DNA of 64,000 bases, taken from the IMG/VR virus record IMGVR_UViG_3300007512_000001, positions 1 through 64,000 of that record. The stretch is one strand, 5' to 3'. Source of the stretch: a virus. The first letter of the stretch is position 1. Every line of letters begins with the position of its first letter. Shown here piece after piece: positions 18,634 to 27,214 of this stretch. The notes under the pieces are model-generated. The model was not told where the DNA came from and made no database searches. It saw only the letters and a program-made list of their open reading frames with translations. Made by a program: the position numbers and the translations under genes.

Positions 18634-18699
18634 AGGTAATACCAACAACGGCGATGTTTACTGTGCTAATAGCATGGTTCTTACAGTAACGCCCATCTA
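18614..18699 (+). ncRNA. candidate structured cis-regulatory RNA with two exclusive pairings
   Basis: 18683-18699 pairs with either 18614-18629 (15 bp) or 18650-18664 (11 bp). Confidence 0.4.
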
Positions 18700-18722
18700 C
18701 TTAATTACTAAAGGAAAACACA

Positions 18723-19922
18723 ATGCGTAAATTAATATACATGGGACTTGAGCCTTATGAAGGAAGATATACATTACAATTACAAGAATGGAGTGAGCGT
18801 GTATTTAAACGCAGAGGCATAGACTATATAGTTGTGCCCGGTGAGACTATTGACAATACTAAAGCAATATCTGTAGGACAAGTGTTAGACGCACATGGAC
18901 GCAGTTATTTTGGTATGAGCCAAATGATGAACCTAGTCCAAATGATGCGTGATGGAACTGTGACAGGGGAGGATGCTATCTTCTTTGAGGATATGTTTCA
19001 ACCTGGTATAGAATCACTTCCGTATATTATGAACCAGATTCCCGAAAATCAACGCCCCAAAGTTTATGTCCGTTGTCTTGCCCAGGCGGTAGATCCTGAT
19101 GACTTTGTCCATGTATGGGGTATGTCCAAGTGGATGAGTTTGTATGAGCAAATGGTTAATGAGTTTGCTACAGTATTGGCTACTAATGAAGAAATGGTTG
19201 CCCATATGCGTATTGCTAACTGGACTGCTCCTATATACAACATATCAGGATTGAGTTTTGGCAAAAGTGAAGTTCTTGAAAGAGTAGGAAATAAGGTAAA
19301 GAAGTGGAGTGAAAGATCTAATCGTGTTGTATTTGCGGCAAGATTTGATCAAGAAAAACAACCTGACTTCTTTATGGATATTGTTGAAACAGTAACTGGC
19401 CATCTAAAGCACCAAAATCAATATGTAGATAGTATAACTGATGTTGAGTTCGCTGTTCTAAGCGGCGGGCCTTTACGCAGTAACAATCAAAAATATTTAG
19501 ATCGTGCATTGAAATTACAAGCAGAAGGAGTTCTAAAAATTTATACTGACCTAAATAAGAATGATTATTATAATATCGTTAACGACAGTAAGGTATTATT
19601 CAATTGTGCGCTACAAGATTGGGTAAGCAATACTGTAAGTGAAGCGGATACACTAGGGTGTAATGTAGTATATCCTGCATATCGCAGTTTCCCTGAAACT
19701 TTTGCTAATGATGCAGATCGTTTGTATATTCCTTGGAGTATGCACTCTGCTATTGAAAAAATTGATACTGCTCTAAGAATGCCAAGTTTTAACATGGGAA
19801 GAATATCCGATTGGACGAATGGTACTATTGATCGCATATGTGATATTATGGAGGGCAACGGAGAACAGTGGCGCCGTGATGGAAATAGATATAGAGACCA
19901 TGTTGCGGAGTCTAAATTTTAA
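18723..19922 (+). CDS. GT-B (GT4-like) glycosyltransferase
   Basis: VVFAARFDQEKQPDFF, KVLFNCALQDWVSNTVSEADTLGCNVVYP. Confidence 0.8.
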   Translation: MRKLIYMGLEPYEGRYTLQLQEWSERVFKRRGIDYIVVPGETIDNTKAISVGQVLDAHGRSYFGMSQMMNLVQMMRDGTVTGEDAIFFEDMFQPGIESLPYIMNQIPENQRPKVYVRCLAQAVDPDDFVHVWGMSKWMSLYEQMVNEFATVLATNEEMVAHMRIANWTAPIYNISGLSFGKSEVLERVGNKVKKWSERSNRVVFAARFDQEKQPDFFMDIVETVTGHLKHQNQYVDSITDVEFAVLSGGPLRSNNQKYLDRALKLQAEGVLKIYTDLNKNDYYNIVNDSKVLFNCALQDWVSNTVSEADTLGCNVVYPAYRSFPETFANDADRLYIPWSMHSAIEKIDTALRMPSFNMGRISDWTNGTIDRICDIMEGNGEQWRRDGNRYRDHVAESKF

Positions 19923-19929
19923 CAAATAA

Positions 19930-19958
19930 TTGACATTTGCCTAAATAATCTTTATAAT
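19930..19958 (+). promoter_or_regulatory. sigma70 consensus promoter for the folE unit
   Basis: TTGACA-17-TATAAT. Confidence 0.85.
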
Positions 19959-19979
19959 ATATAGTACTTGGAGAAATAT

Positions 19980-20666
19980 ATGAGCATTAGTAAAACAATT
20001 AGAAACAGAATGCTAGAACACGGTGGACGTTTTTGGGCAGGAGACAATATATCAGAATTTATCGAAGAAGAAGAAAAAGATCTGCTCATTGATGAACTAA
20101 CGGAAAAGTTTGAAGGAGTATTGGACACTCTGCTTATTGATAGGCATAGTGATCCTAACTCTATTGACACGCCGCGTCGTTTAGCAAAAATGTATATAAG
20201 AGAACTTATGAGCGGCCGTTTTGATAACATGCCCAATGCAACCGCATTTCCTAATCATGTAGAGGATGGTTACGAAGGCATGCTTGTTGTAAGAAGTGAA
20301 ATACGTAGCGTTTGCTCCCATCATTTTCAACCAGTAACCGGAGTTGCATATATTGGCATTATCGCGGCAGACACACTTATAGGATTATCCAAATATACAC
20401 GTATAGCACAATGGTGTGCCAGACGGGGAACACTACAAGAAGAACTTGCCAACGACATAGCACATGAAATTATTAAAGCAACAGGTTCTAGTAATGTAGG
20501 TGTTTACGTACAAGCAACGCATGGTTGCGTAGAAAATAGGGGTGTCATGGCACACTCTAGTCTAACACAAACAACAGTGCTTAAAGGATCATTTAAAGAA
20601 GATGCTTCTACTAAAAAAGAGTTCTTTGACAATATCAAACTTCAGCAAGAATTTGCTCCGCGATAG
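19980..20666 (+). CDS. folE: GTP cyclohydrolase I
   Basis: DTPRRLAKMY, SVCSHHF, IGLSKYTRI, LQEEL, ATHGCVENRG; GGAG RBS before 19980. Confidence 0.95.
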   Translation: MSISKTIRNRMLEHGGRFWAGDNISEFIEEEEKDLLIDELTEKFEGVLDTLLIDRHSDPNSIDTPRRLAKMYIRELMSGRFDNMPNATAFPNHVEDGYEGMLVVRSEIRSVCSHHFQPVTGVAYIGIIAADTLIGLSKYTRIAQWCARRGTLQEELANDIAHEIIKATGSSNVGVYVQATHGCVENRGVMAHSSLTQTTVLKGSFKEDASTKKEFFDNIKLQQEFAPR

Positions 20667-20683
20667 CAAGGAGACTTAAATAT

Positions 20684-21226
20684 ATGAAAATGATCTATCT
20701 AAATACACAAGACATTAAGTCGCAAGTTTTAGATATTACTCAACAGATTTATGCTGGTAATTGGCGGCCTGAATACATTGTAGGTATTACAAGGGGAGGA
20801 CTAATTCCTGCTACAATGTTGAGTCATTATTTAGAAACACCGTTACATACATTAGATGTTAGATTACGAGATGGACACAATCTACAATCTAGTTTAGAAA
20901 TGGCGGCAGACGCGTCAGGCATAACTAAAACTAGTTTTAGTCATGAAGAAGTAATCGAACCTAAAAATATACTTGTTGTTGATGATATAAATGATTCTGG
21001 TGCTACATTTGATTGGATTGTAAATGATTGGATGAATGCGCCGATACCGGGTGTTAAGTCTTGGGACAAAGTTGTAGGCTCTAATGTTCGTTTTGCTTCG
21101 CTAGTTAATAATGAGGAGAGTAGATTTACAGAAATCTCTTACACCTCATTAGTGATTAATAAAATTGAAGATCCCTCGTGGATTGTTTTTCCGTGGGAAA
21201 ACTGGTGGAGTGATAAAAATTGGTAA
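20684..21226 (+). CDS. type I phosphoribosyltransferase (xanthine/guanine PRT-like)
   Basis: IVGITRGGLIPA, ILVVDDINDSGATF (PRPP loop), WIVFPWE. Confidence 0.88.
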   Translation: MKMIYLNTQDIKSQVLDITQQIYAGNWRPEYIVGITRGGLIPATMLSHYLETPLHTLDVRLRDGHNLQSSLEMAADASGITKTSFSHEEVIEPKNILVVDDINDSGATFDWIVNDWMNAPIPGVKSWDKVVGSNVRFASLVNNEESRFTEISYTSLVINKIEDPSWIVFPWENWWSDKNW

Positions 21227-21260
21227 TAAAAACATTAAAGATCAACTGAGGAGGAAATGA

Positions 21261-21368
21261 ATGTTATCAAAATATTTAGAAGGTGTTGATAAGACGCTAG
21301 TACGCAATCTAGTCATTATGCACACCATTGTATTAGGCTATAATCTTTTATGGCAAGGAGAAAAATAA
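21261..21368 (+). pseudogene. truncated N-terminus of a YhhQ/VUT-family preQ0/preQ1 transporter-like gene (35 aa)
   Basis: strong GAGGAGG RBS; MLSKYLEGVDKTLVRNLVIMHTIV resembles the first YhhQ helix before the SNYLV motif, then ends abruptly. Confidence 0.45.
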
Positions 21369-21845
21369 ATGAGCGGAGTACCTGAATTTACATCTACAAA
21401 AACATTTTATAACTTTCCGTGTGCTCATAGACAACACAAGCATGACGGAAACTGCGCTATGATACACGGCTATAGCCGTAGTTTTCATTTTACGTTTGGC
21501 GCACACACTATGACAAAAGAAGGATTTCTTGTTGATTATAGTGACTTGAAAGAACTAAAGAGATGGTTAGAAGAGAATTATGACCATACGTTTGTTATTG
21601 ATCACGATGACCCATATATGGAAACATTCCAAATGCTACACGATGCGGGTGTATGTAAATTAATTGTACAAGAAGAAGGGCCAGGTATGGAAGGCACTGC
21701 TATGCGTATCTGTAATTATGCTGATGGATGGTTACGCGAAAGAACAGGTGGCAGAGCATGGGTTATTAGTGTAGAAGCAAGAGAAAATGACAAGAACAGT
21801 TCAACCTATCATAACCCCGAAGCAGGGTTTAATGGATGGGTGTAA
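21369..21845 (+). CDS. queD: 6-carboxytetrahydropterin synthase
   Basis: CAHRQ, CAMIHGYS, VDYSDLK, YDHTF, PGMEG. Confidence 0.9.
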   Translation: MSGVPEFTSTKTFYNFPCAHRQHKHDGNCAMIHGYSRSFHFTFGAHTMTKEGFLVDYSDLKELKRWLEENYDHTFVIDHDDPYMETFQMLHDAGVCKLIVQEEGPGMEGTAMRICNYADGWLRERTGGRAWVISVEARENDKNSSTYHNPEAGFNGWV

Positions 21846-23038
21846 TCAATTGTAACACAGGATTCCAACCACTAAAAGAATGTTGGTTAGGCGATTGCTA
21901 TCGTCCGGAGTTCTTTGACTACGTTGATAATATTAAAGTAAAAAATATTCTGCAACAAATTACTGAAGAAACCATAGAAGATTTAGAGAACATTAAAGAA
22001 GTATTAGAAAGTTATGGCGTAACTGTTAAACGCCCGAAACTTTTTGATTTTGATCAAGTATATAATATATACAAAGTTGGTGGAGCTTGTGTTGATGAAA
22101 ACTTAAACATTATTATTGATGAAGTATTAAATTATTTTCCAAGATTAATTGATAGGAAAGGTGTCGAAAGTTTTTTAGCAAACTACGATATATATGCAGA
22201 TCCAGGCGCACTCACCCGACCGCCATTATTTCCACGGGACGATCAAATCATAGTAGGAGAAACTTTTTATAAGTTAAGACCGTACAGCATGCCAGAAGTA
22301 AACCCGGCTTGTATAAATACTATTAATCCATTATATCCACAGGGAGGTGCCAGCCGAGCCCTTGCTATATTTTATGAACCATTATTCAAAGAATTAAAAG
22401 AACAAGGCGCAAATATTATTGAATTCCCGTGGAAAGACGATTATTTGAATGAGGGACCAAATATTGTGCGGCTTGGGGATACAATAATATTAGATGGATT
22501 GCGGCCGCATGTTTACAAATACTTTAAAAATCATTTTAAAGACAACTATAATATTATAACTGCTTTTAACGACGGGCATTCGGATGGTATATACGCACCA
22601 ATAAAACCCGGCGCATTTATATCAAATGGCGAAGCACTACAGTTTAAAAAGTATTTTCCAAATTGGGACGTATTCTACTTGCCAGACGCCCAATGGTCTA
22701 ATATGTCACCATTCTTAGAAGTTAGAGAAAAAGTACAAGGAAAATGGTGGATTCCAGGCGAAGAACACAACGACGAACTTATTGACTACGTAGATAAATG
22801 GTTTAGCGAGTGGGTAGGATTTTGTGAAGAAACAATTTGGGACGTTAATGTATTGATGGTAAATCCTGAAACTGTACTGTGCCTAACCGAAAATAAAGAA
22901 TTATTTAAATGGTTTAGAAAGCATAATGTAGAGCCTATAGTAACTCCGTTTAGGCATAGATTCTTTTGGGATGGTGGATTGCATTGCTTAACGTTAGACA
23001 TACACAGGGAAGGAGGCATTGAGAGTTATGCAAGATGA
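21836..23038 (+). CDS. amidinotransferase (glycine/inosamine amidinotransferase-like, pentein fold)
   Basis: FQPLKECWLG, FPRDD, GHSDG, WDVNVLMVNP, RHRFFWDGGLHCLT (catalytic Cys). Confidence 0.85.
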   Translation: MGVINCNTGFQPLKECWLGDCYRPEFFDYVDNIKVKNILQQITEETIEDLENIKEVLESYGVTVKRPKLFDFDQVYNIYKVGGACVDENLNIIIDEVLNYFPRLIDRKGVESFLANYDIYADPGALTRPPLFPRDDQIIVGETFYKLRPYSMPEVNPACINTINPLYPQGGASRALAIFYEPLFKELKEQGANIIEFPWKDDYLNEGPNIVRLGDTIILDGLRPHVYKYFKNHFKDNYNIITAFNDGHSDGIYAPIKPGAFISNGEALQFKKYFPNWDVFYLPDAQWSNMSPFLEVREKVQGKWWIPGEEHNDELIDYVDKWFSEWVGFCEETIWDVNVLMVNPETVLCLTENKELFKWFRKHNVEPIVTPFRHRFFWDGGLHCLTLDIHREGGIESYAR

Positions 23039-23354
23039 CATTAATAAGGCAAAAGACCTAATAGACAAATGCTTCGATAATTTTAAAATACCTCGACACA
23101 GTGTATACATATCACGAACTGAACGTAATACACTTGACAATCTTAAAGAAATTGTTATAATATTAGATAAACTTCCAAAAAGATTAGAAGAAGAAAAGCA
23201 AGAATGGAAAGAAGAATACGACGATATGCAAATTAAAATACAGCGAATGTTAAAGGGGCCTAGTTGGGGTATGACTAAGGAAGAACATCAAGCAATACCA
23301 CTACATAAATTATTTGGCGATAAATGGCAAGGAAATAAACCCGATGAAGATTAG
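23028..23354 (+). CDS. hypothetical coiled-coil protein
   Basis: ORF coupled between the amidinotransferase and queE. Confidence 0.55.
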   Translation: MQDDINKAKDLIDKCFDNFKIPRHSVYISRTERNTLDNLKEIVIILDKLPKRLEEEKQEWKEEYDDMQIKIQRMLKGPSWGMTKEEHQAIPLHKLFGDKWQGNKPDED

Positions 23355-24228
23355 ATATACAGAAATATTTTATAGTTTACAAGGAGAGGGTAAGTTTACA
23401 GGCGTGCCGTCTGTTTTCTTGCGACTGTTTGGTTGTAATTTAAAATGCCAAGGTTTTGGAATGCCACGCGGTGAGTTAAGCAAAGAGCGACTCGGCGTTT
23501 TTGCCGCTGATTATACACACTTTGATGATTTGCCATTAGTTAGCACAGGATGTGACAGTTATGCAAGTTGGGATCCACGATTTAAATATTTAGCAACAGA
23601 TGTAGACTTAGACAAATTAGTAGATGATCTATTGGCAAAAACGCCCAATGGCAGTTGGATAATGCCCAATGGGCAAGACATACATTTAGTTATTACGGGC
23701 GGTGAGCCTATGATGTGGCAAAAAATATATCCTGATTTATTTGCACATGATCGTATGCAGGATTTAAAAAATGTTACATTCGAGACTAATACTACTAGAA
23801 ATTTAACTGACAAAATTTTTGAATGGTTTTACGACTGGCGAAATTGGACCGGTGATTTTGCTAATTACAGGACTCCTATCAGACCATATGTTACCTGGTC
23901 GTGCTCTCCTAAACTATCAGCAAGCGGCGAACCATGGGGAAAAGCAATTAAGCCTGATGTGGCGGCCGCATATTATAAAATGCCTTTCTCAGACATGTAT
24001 TTTAAATTTGTTATTGATAGCGAAGAAAGCATGGATGAAGTAGAAAAAGCCATTGCAGTATATAAAGAAGCAGGCGTTGACTGTCCTGTTTATTGTATGC
24101 CTGTAGGTGGTTTATATGATGATTATAAAAAGAATACACGCATTGTCGCAGAAGCAGTTATGAAACATGGATTACGTTATAGTCCAAGACTACACTCTGA
24201 TCTGTTTGGTAATGCATGGGGAACATAA
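23344..24228 (+). CDS. queE: 7-carboxy-7-deazaguanine synthase (radical SAM)
   Basis: EIFYSLQGEG, FLRLFGCNLKC...CDS, VITGGEP, FETN, SPKL, PRLH. Confidence 0.92.
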   Translation: MKIRYTEIFYSLQGEGKFTGVPSVFLRLFGCNLKCQGFGMPRGELSKERLGVFAADYTHFDDLPLVSTGCDSYASWDPRFKYLATDVDLDKLVDDLLAKTPNGSWIMPNGQDIHLVITGGEPMMWQKIYPDLFAHDRMQDLKNVTFETNTTRNLTDKIFEWFYDWRNWTGDFANYRTPIRPYVTWSCSPKLSASGEPWGKAIKPDVAAAYYKMPFSDMYFKFVIDSEESMDEVEKAIAVYKEAGVDCPVYCMPVGGLYDDYKKNTRIVAEAVMKHGLRYSPRLHSDLFGNAWGT

Positions 24229-24602
24229 TGGATATATTTGAAAAACTAAAAAATGCATTTGGTTCTGAGCCAACCCCAGAACCAGTTAAAGAACCAAAGA
24301 AAAAATTGACGCCAAAGGAGAAAGCGACAAAAAAGGGTGAACCATGGTTTACCATTGTGGATGTAGAAATTAATAGTGAGAACCCACTTAATGGTGCGTT
24401 TGAATTAGATTGGAACGACCCATTCGTTAAAATGTTACGTGGTCACGGATTAACTGGTGAAACAGACGAAGAAGTGGTGGATCAATGGTTTCAAGACTTA
24501 TGTAGACAAATTGCTATGGAAACATATGATGAAGACGTCGTAGGTAGCAATATTAATATACAAATGCGAGACATACAAAACGGGAAAAAAGAATATAAAT
24601 AA
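24228..24602 (+). CDS. conserved hypothetical phage protein
   Basis: TAATG coupling; AFELDWNDPFV..L..G motif. Confidence 0.7.
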   Translation: MDIFEKLKNAFGSEPTPEPVKEPKKKLTPKEKATKKGEPWFTIVDVEINSENPLNGAFELDWNDPFVKMLRGHGLTGETDEEVVDQWFQDLCRQIAMETYDEDVVGSNINIQMRDIQNGKKEYK

Positions 24603-24607
24603 TTTAA

Positions 24608-25207
24608 ATGAATACCATTAGTTCTATCATATGCGTAGGAGGGGCACATACATCAGGCGTTCAATGCGTCAATGATCATATATATGCCAACGAAGATTCA
24701 TTATATAAAACGCATGGTGATGACTCACACCCAGAAAATAAAGCACAGGCGTTCTGGATACATTTTACGCCTGTTATGAAAATAGGCACTTTTAATATAT
24801 CTAAACCAGGTTGGGTAAATAAAACCATTATAAATGAAGTAATGAAATATATTAGCAATAAGCCTAATCCAGAAGACACAGTTGCGGTAGTAGGTTTTGA
24901 GGAATGGAATTATTCCCTTGCTACTCCACAGGATCACTTAAAAGACGTGATTCAATTACACGAAGATTTAAAAACATTAGATGTTAAACATTTAATGTTC
25001 AATGCACAAAATTGCTTAGATGTTTCTACTGACGAGCAATATGATTTTGGCGATTCTTATATTAGTCCATATGATTCCGATGAAACCATGGTTTCTCAGT
25101 TAAAAGCACAAAATTTTGATTTTAACTCCGGAACACAGTATTTCGGACCTGCCGCACACAGAAAGTGGGCGAGAATATTATTAAAATACTTGACACAGTT
25201 AGTATGA
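24608..25207 (+). CDS. SGNH-hydrolase-like protein (degenerate)
   Basis: CVGGAHTSG N-terminus, NISKPG, HLMFNA, YFGPAAHRKWA. Confidence 0.5.
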   Translation: MNTISSIICVGGAHTSGVQCVNDHIYANEDSLYKTHGDDSHPENKAQAFWIHFTPVMKIGTFNISKPGWVNKTIINEVMKYISNKPNPEDTVAVVGFEEWNYSLATPQDHLKDVIQLHEDLKTLDVKHLMFNAQNCLDVSTDEQYDFGDSYISPYDSDETMVSQLKAQNFDFNSGTQYFGPAAHRKWARILLKYLTQLV

Positions 25208-25219
25208 CAATGTTATACT
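25190..25219 (+). promoter_or_regulatory. sigma70-type promoter
   Basis: TTGACA-18-TATACT with extended TG. Confidence 0.6.
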
Positions 25220-25306
25220 GAAAGTGTTGTAAAAATTCTGTAGTAATACAGAGTAACAACGATATAAAATATTTTATATCAAAAACAACCAAAAAGGAGG
25301 TAAGAT

Positions 25307-25540
25307 ATGGCTGGAAATATCGTTGACACAGCGTTAGGCTGGGTAAGAAAATTGACTGAAGTAGGCGTTGCTCTAGTTTCACTAGCAGTAGTCCTACAAA
25401 TCATTTTCGGCCCTGGTGTAGCGTTTTTGCCAGGCGATGTAGTAGGTAACATTATCGGACTTGTAAATGCACTAGGTAGCAACGGACTTGTTGGCTTAGT
25501 AGCGGTTGCAGTTCTTTATTGGCTATTTACGAAGAAGTAA
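25307..25540 (+). CDS. small two-helix membrane protein
   Basis: AAGGAGG RBS; two hydrophobic segments. Confidence 0.85.
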   Translation: MAGNIVDTALGWVRKLTEVGVALVSLAVVLQIIFGPGVAFLPGDVVGNIIGLVNALGSNGLVGLVAVAVLYWLFTKK

Positions 25541-25565
25541 TATCGCTTACTCTGATAAAGTGGTT

Positions 25566-25595
25566 CGGCTAGGCAGAGCTAGCCGTTCTACTTTT
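25566..25595 (+). terminator. probable intrinsic terminator
   Basis: CGGCTAG-6-CTAGCCG followed by a T-rich tail. Confidence 0.6.
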
Positions 25596-25596
25596 C

Positions 25597-25777
25597 ATGT
25601 TTTTTAATCGGACATATAACGGACAAAGATTTAGATAAAAAATTAGACAGAGAATTAGCTAATACAATCTGGCTAGTTGTTAAGGGTTATGATATGCCCA
25701 GCGATTGGACAGATAAAGATGTACAAGAAATTATTGTTCGTTATTGGTCCAGAGCCATCGCAAAAGCAGAAGGTTAA
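25597..25777 (+). CDS. small protein lacking an in-frame canonical start (ATA start or indel in T6)
   Basis: open frame ITDKDLDKKLDRELANTIWLVVKGYDMPSDWTDKDVQEIIVRYWSRAIAKAEG ends directly before the rnh ATG. Confidence 0.35.
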
Positions 25778-26746
25778 ATGAAATATCTATTAATAGACAC
25801 CGCTAATATGTTTTTTAGAGCAAGGCACGTAGTTGCCAAAAGTGTTGATACTGACACTAAACTAGGTCTTGCTATCCATGTAACTCTTGGATCCGTGGCC
25901 AAAGTATGGCGTGAGTTTAATGCTGACCATGTTATATTTTGTTTGGAAGGCAGAAGTTGGCGCAAGTCCTTTTATGAGCCATACAAAAAGAATAGAGTAG
26001 TAGCACGACAAGCACTTACTGAAAAAGAACAGGAAGAAGATGAATTGTTTTGGGAAGTGTTTGAAGATTTTACTGCATTTCTTAGAAGCAAAACCAATTG
26101 TACTGTAATTCAAAATCCAACACTTGAAGCGGATGATCTTATTGCTGGATTTATACAAGGACATCCAGATGACGAACATTTTATCATTAGCAGTGACAGT
26201 GATTTTTATCAACTGCTAGATACTAATGTTAAACAGTATAATGGCATTACGGATCAGTTAATAACCAACGAAGGCATTTTTGACAAGAAGGGCAATATGG
26301 TTATTGATAAGAAAACTAAAGAGCCCAAAGAGATTCCTAATCCAGAATGGTTATTGTTTGAAAAGTGTATGCGTGGTGATCCAAGCGATAACGTGTTTAC
26401 TGCTTATCCACGTGTTCGTAAGACTGTGTTAAAAGAAGCATTTGAGGACAGGCACAATAAGGGTTATGTTTGGAACAATATGATGTTACAGCGATGGATA
26501 GACCATAACGAAATAGAACACCGCGTAAAAGATGATTATGAGCGTAATCGTATATTAATTGATCTTACAGCACAACCTGAAGAAATTCGTAATGAAATAG
26601 TCGAAACCATCGGAGAAATTGTCCAAAAAGACAATGGCAACGTTGGACTACACTTTCTTAAATTTTGCGGTAAGCACAATTTACTTAAACTAGGCGAAGA
26701 AGCAAACAAATTTAGCGACTTATTAAACGCAAGGTATTCACAGTGA
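25778..26746 (+). CDS. rnh: T4 RNase H-like 5'-3' exonuclease
   Basis: LIDTAN, WRKSFYEPYKKNR, LEADDLIA, IISSDSDFYQL, RGDPSDNV, YERNRILIDL. Confidence 0.92.
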   Translation: MKYLLIDTANMFFRARHVVAKSVDTDTKLGLAIHVTLGSVAKVWREFNADHVIFCLEGRSWRKSFYEPYKKNRVVARQALTEKEQEEDELFWEVFEDFTAFLRSKTNCTVIQNPTLEADDLIAGFIQGHPDDEHFIISSDSDFYQLLDTNVKQYNGITDQLITNEGIFDKKGNMVIDKKTKEPKEIPNPEWLLFEKCMRGDPSDNVFTAYPRVRKTVLKEAFEDRHNKGYVWNNMMLQRWIDHNEIEHRVKDDYERNRILIDLTAQPEEIRNEIVETIGEIVQKDNGNVGLHFLKFCGKHNLLKLGEEANKFSDLLNARYSQ

Positions 26747-26946
26747 CTACAGATATAAAAGAAAAAATAGAAGAATTTGAAAAGTGGTATTTTTATCAAA
26801 AAATGCCAAGAGAAGTTTCAGTAATGTATATGGACTATTATTGGGACTTATATTGTGATAATTTCCAAAACAATGATGATGTTACAATACAAGATTTTGT
26901 ATTATCAGTAGCAAACGATAACTTAAATGACGATCAAAAAAACTGA
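26743..26946 (+). CDS. hypothetical protein
   Basis: GTGA overlap with rnh. Confidence 0.55.
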   Translation: MTTDIKEKIEEFEKWYFYQKMPREVSVMYMDYYWDLYCDNFQNNDDVTIQDFVLSVANDNLNDDQKN

Positions 26947-27172
26947 AAAGCAAAAAGCAATCGAAGAACTCATTAAACAGCAAAGAGAGTTCATGGAAAA
27001 CGTTAACAAAAGTGGATACACTGAAGAAGAGTATTGGCTCAAGCAAGGCGAATATCGTGAACGTCAAGCGAAACTTGCTAAGTTAATTCATACTGAAGCA
27101 CACAAGAAATACTGGGACGAATACAGAATAAACCTCAAAGTAGATATTGGTGATATAAACAAAGACGATTAA
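26927..27172 (+). CDS. hypothetical protein
   Basis: 81-aa ORF in the operon. Confidence 0.6.
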   Translation: MTIKKTEKQKAIEELIKQQREFMENVNKSGYTEEEYWLKQGEYRERQAKLAKLIHTEAHKKYWDEYRINLKVDIGDINKDD

Positions 27173-27178
27173 TATCAC

Positions 27179-27207
27179 TTGACTATATAAACTTTTTCAA
27201 TTATAAT
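27179..27207 (+). promoter_or_regulatory. sigma70-type promoter
   Basis: TTGACT-17-TATAAT; ATG at 27215. Confidence 0.75.
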
Positions 27208-27214
27208 ATTATAT

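Noticed and set aside
18614-18722. Canonical preQ1-I riboswitch
   Set aside because: The short P1 stem and AAAAAACUA-type 3' tail are absent, so it is kept only as an unclassified structure.
14608-24228. queC/queF/archaeosine synthase in the locus
   Set aside because: No SGGxDS PP-loop or QueF motif in any ORF here; they could lie outside the window.
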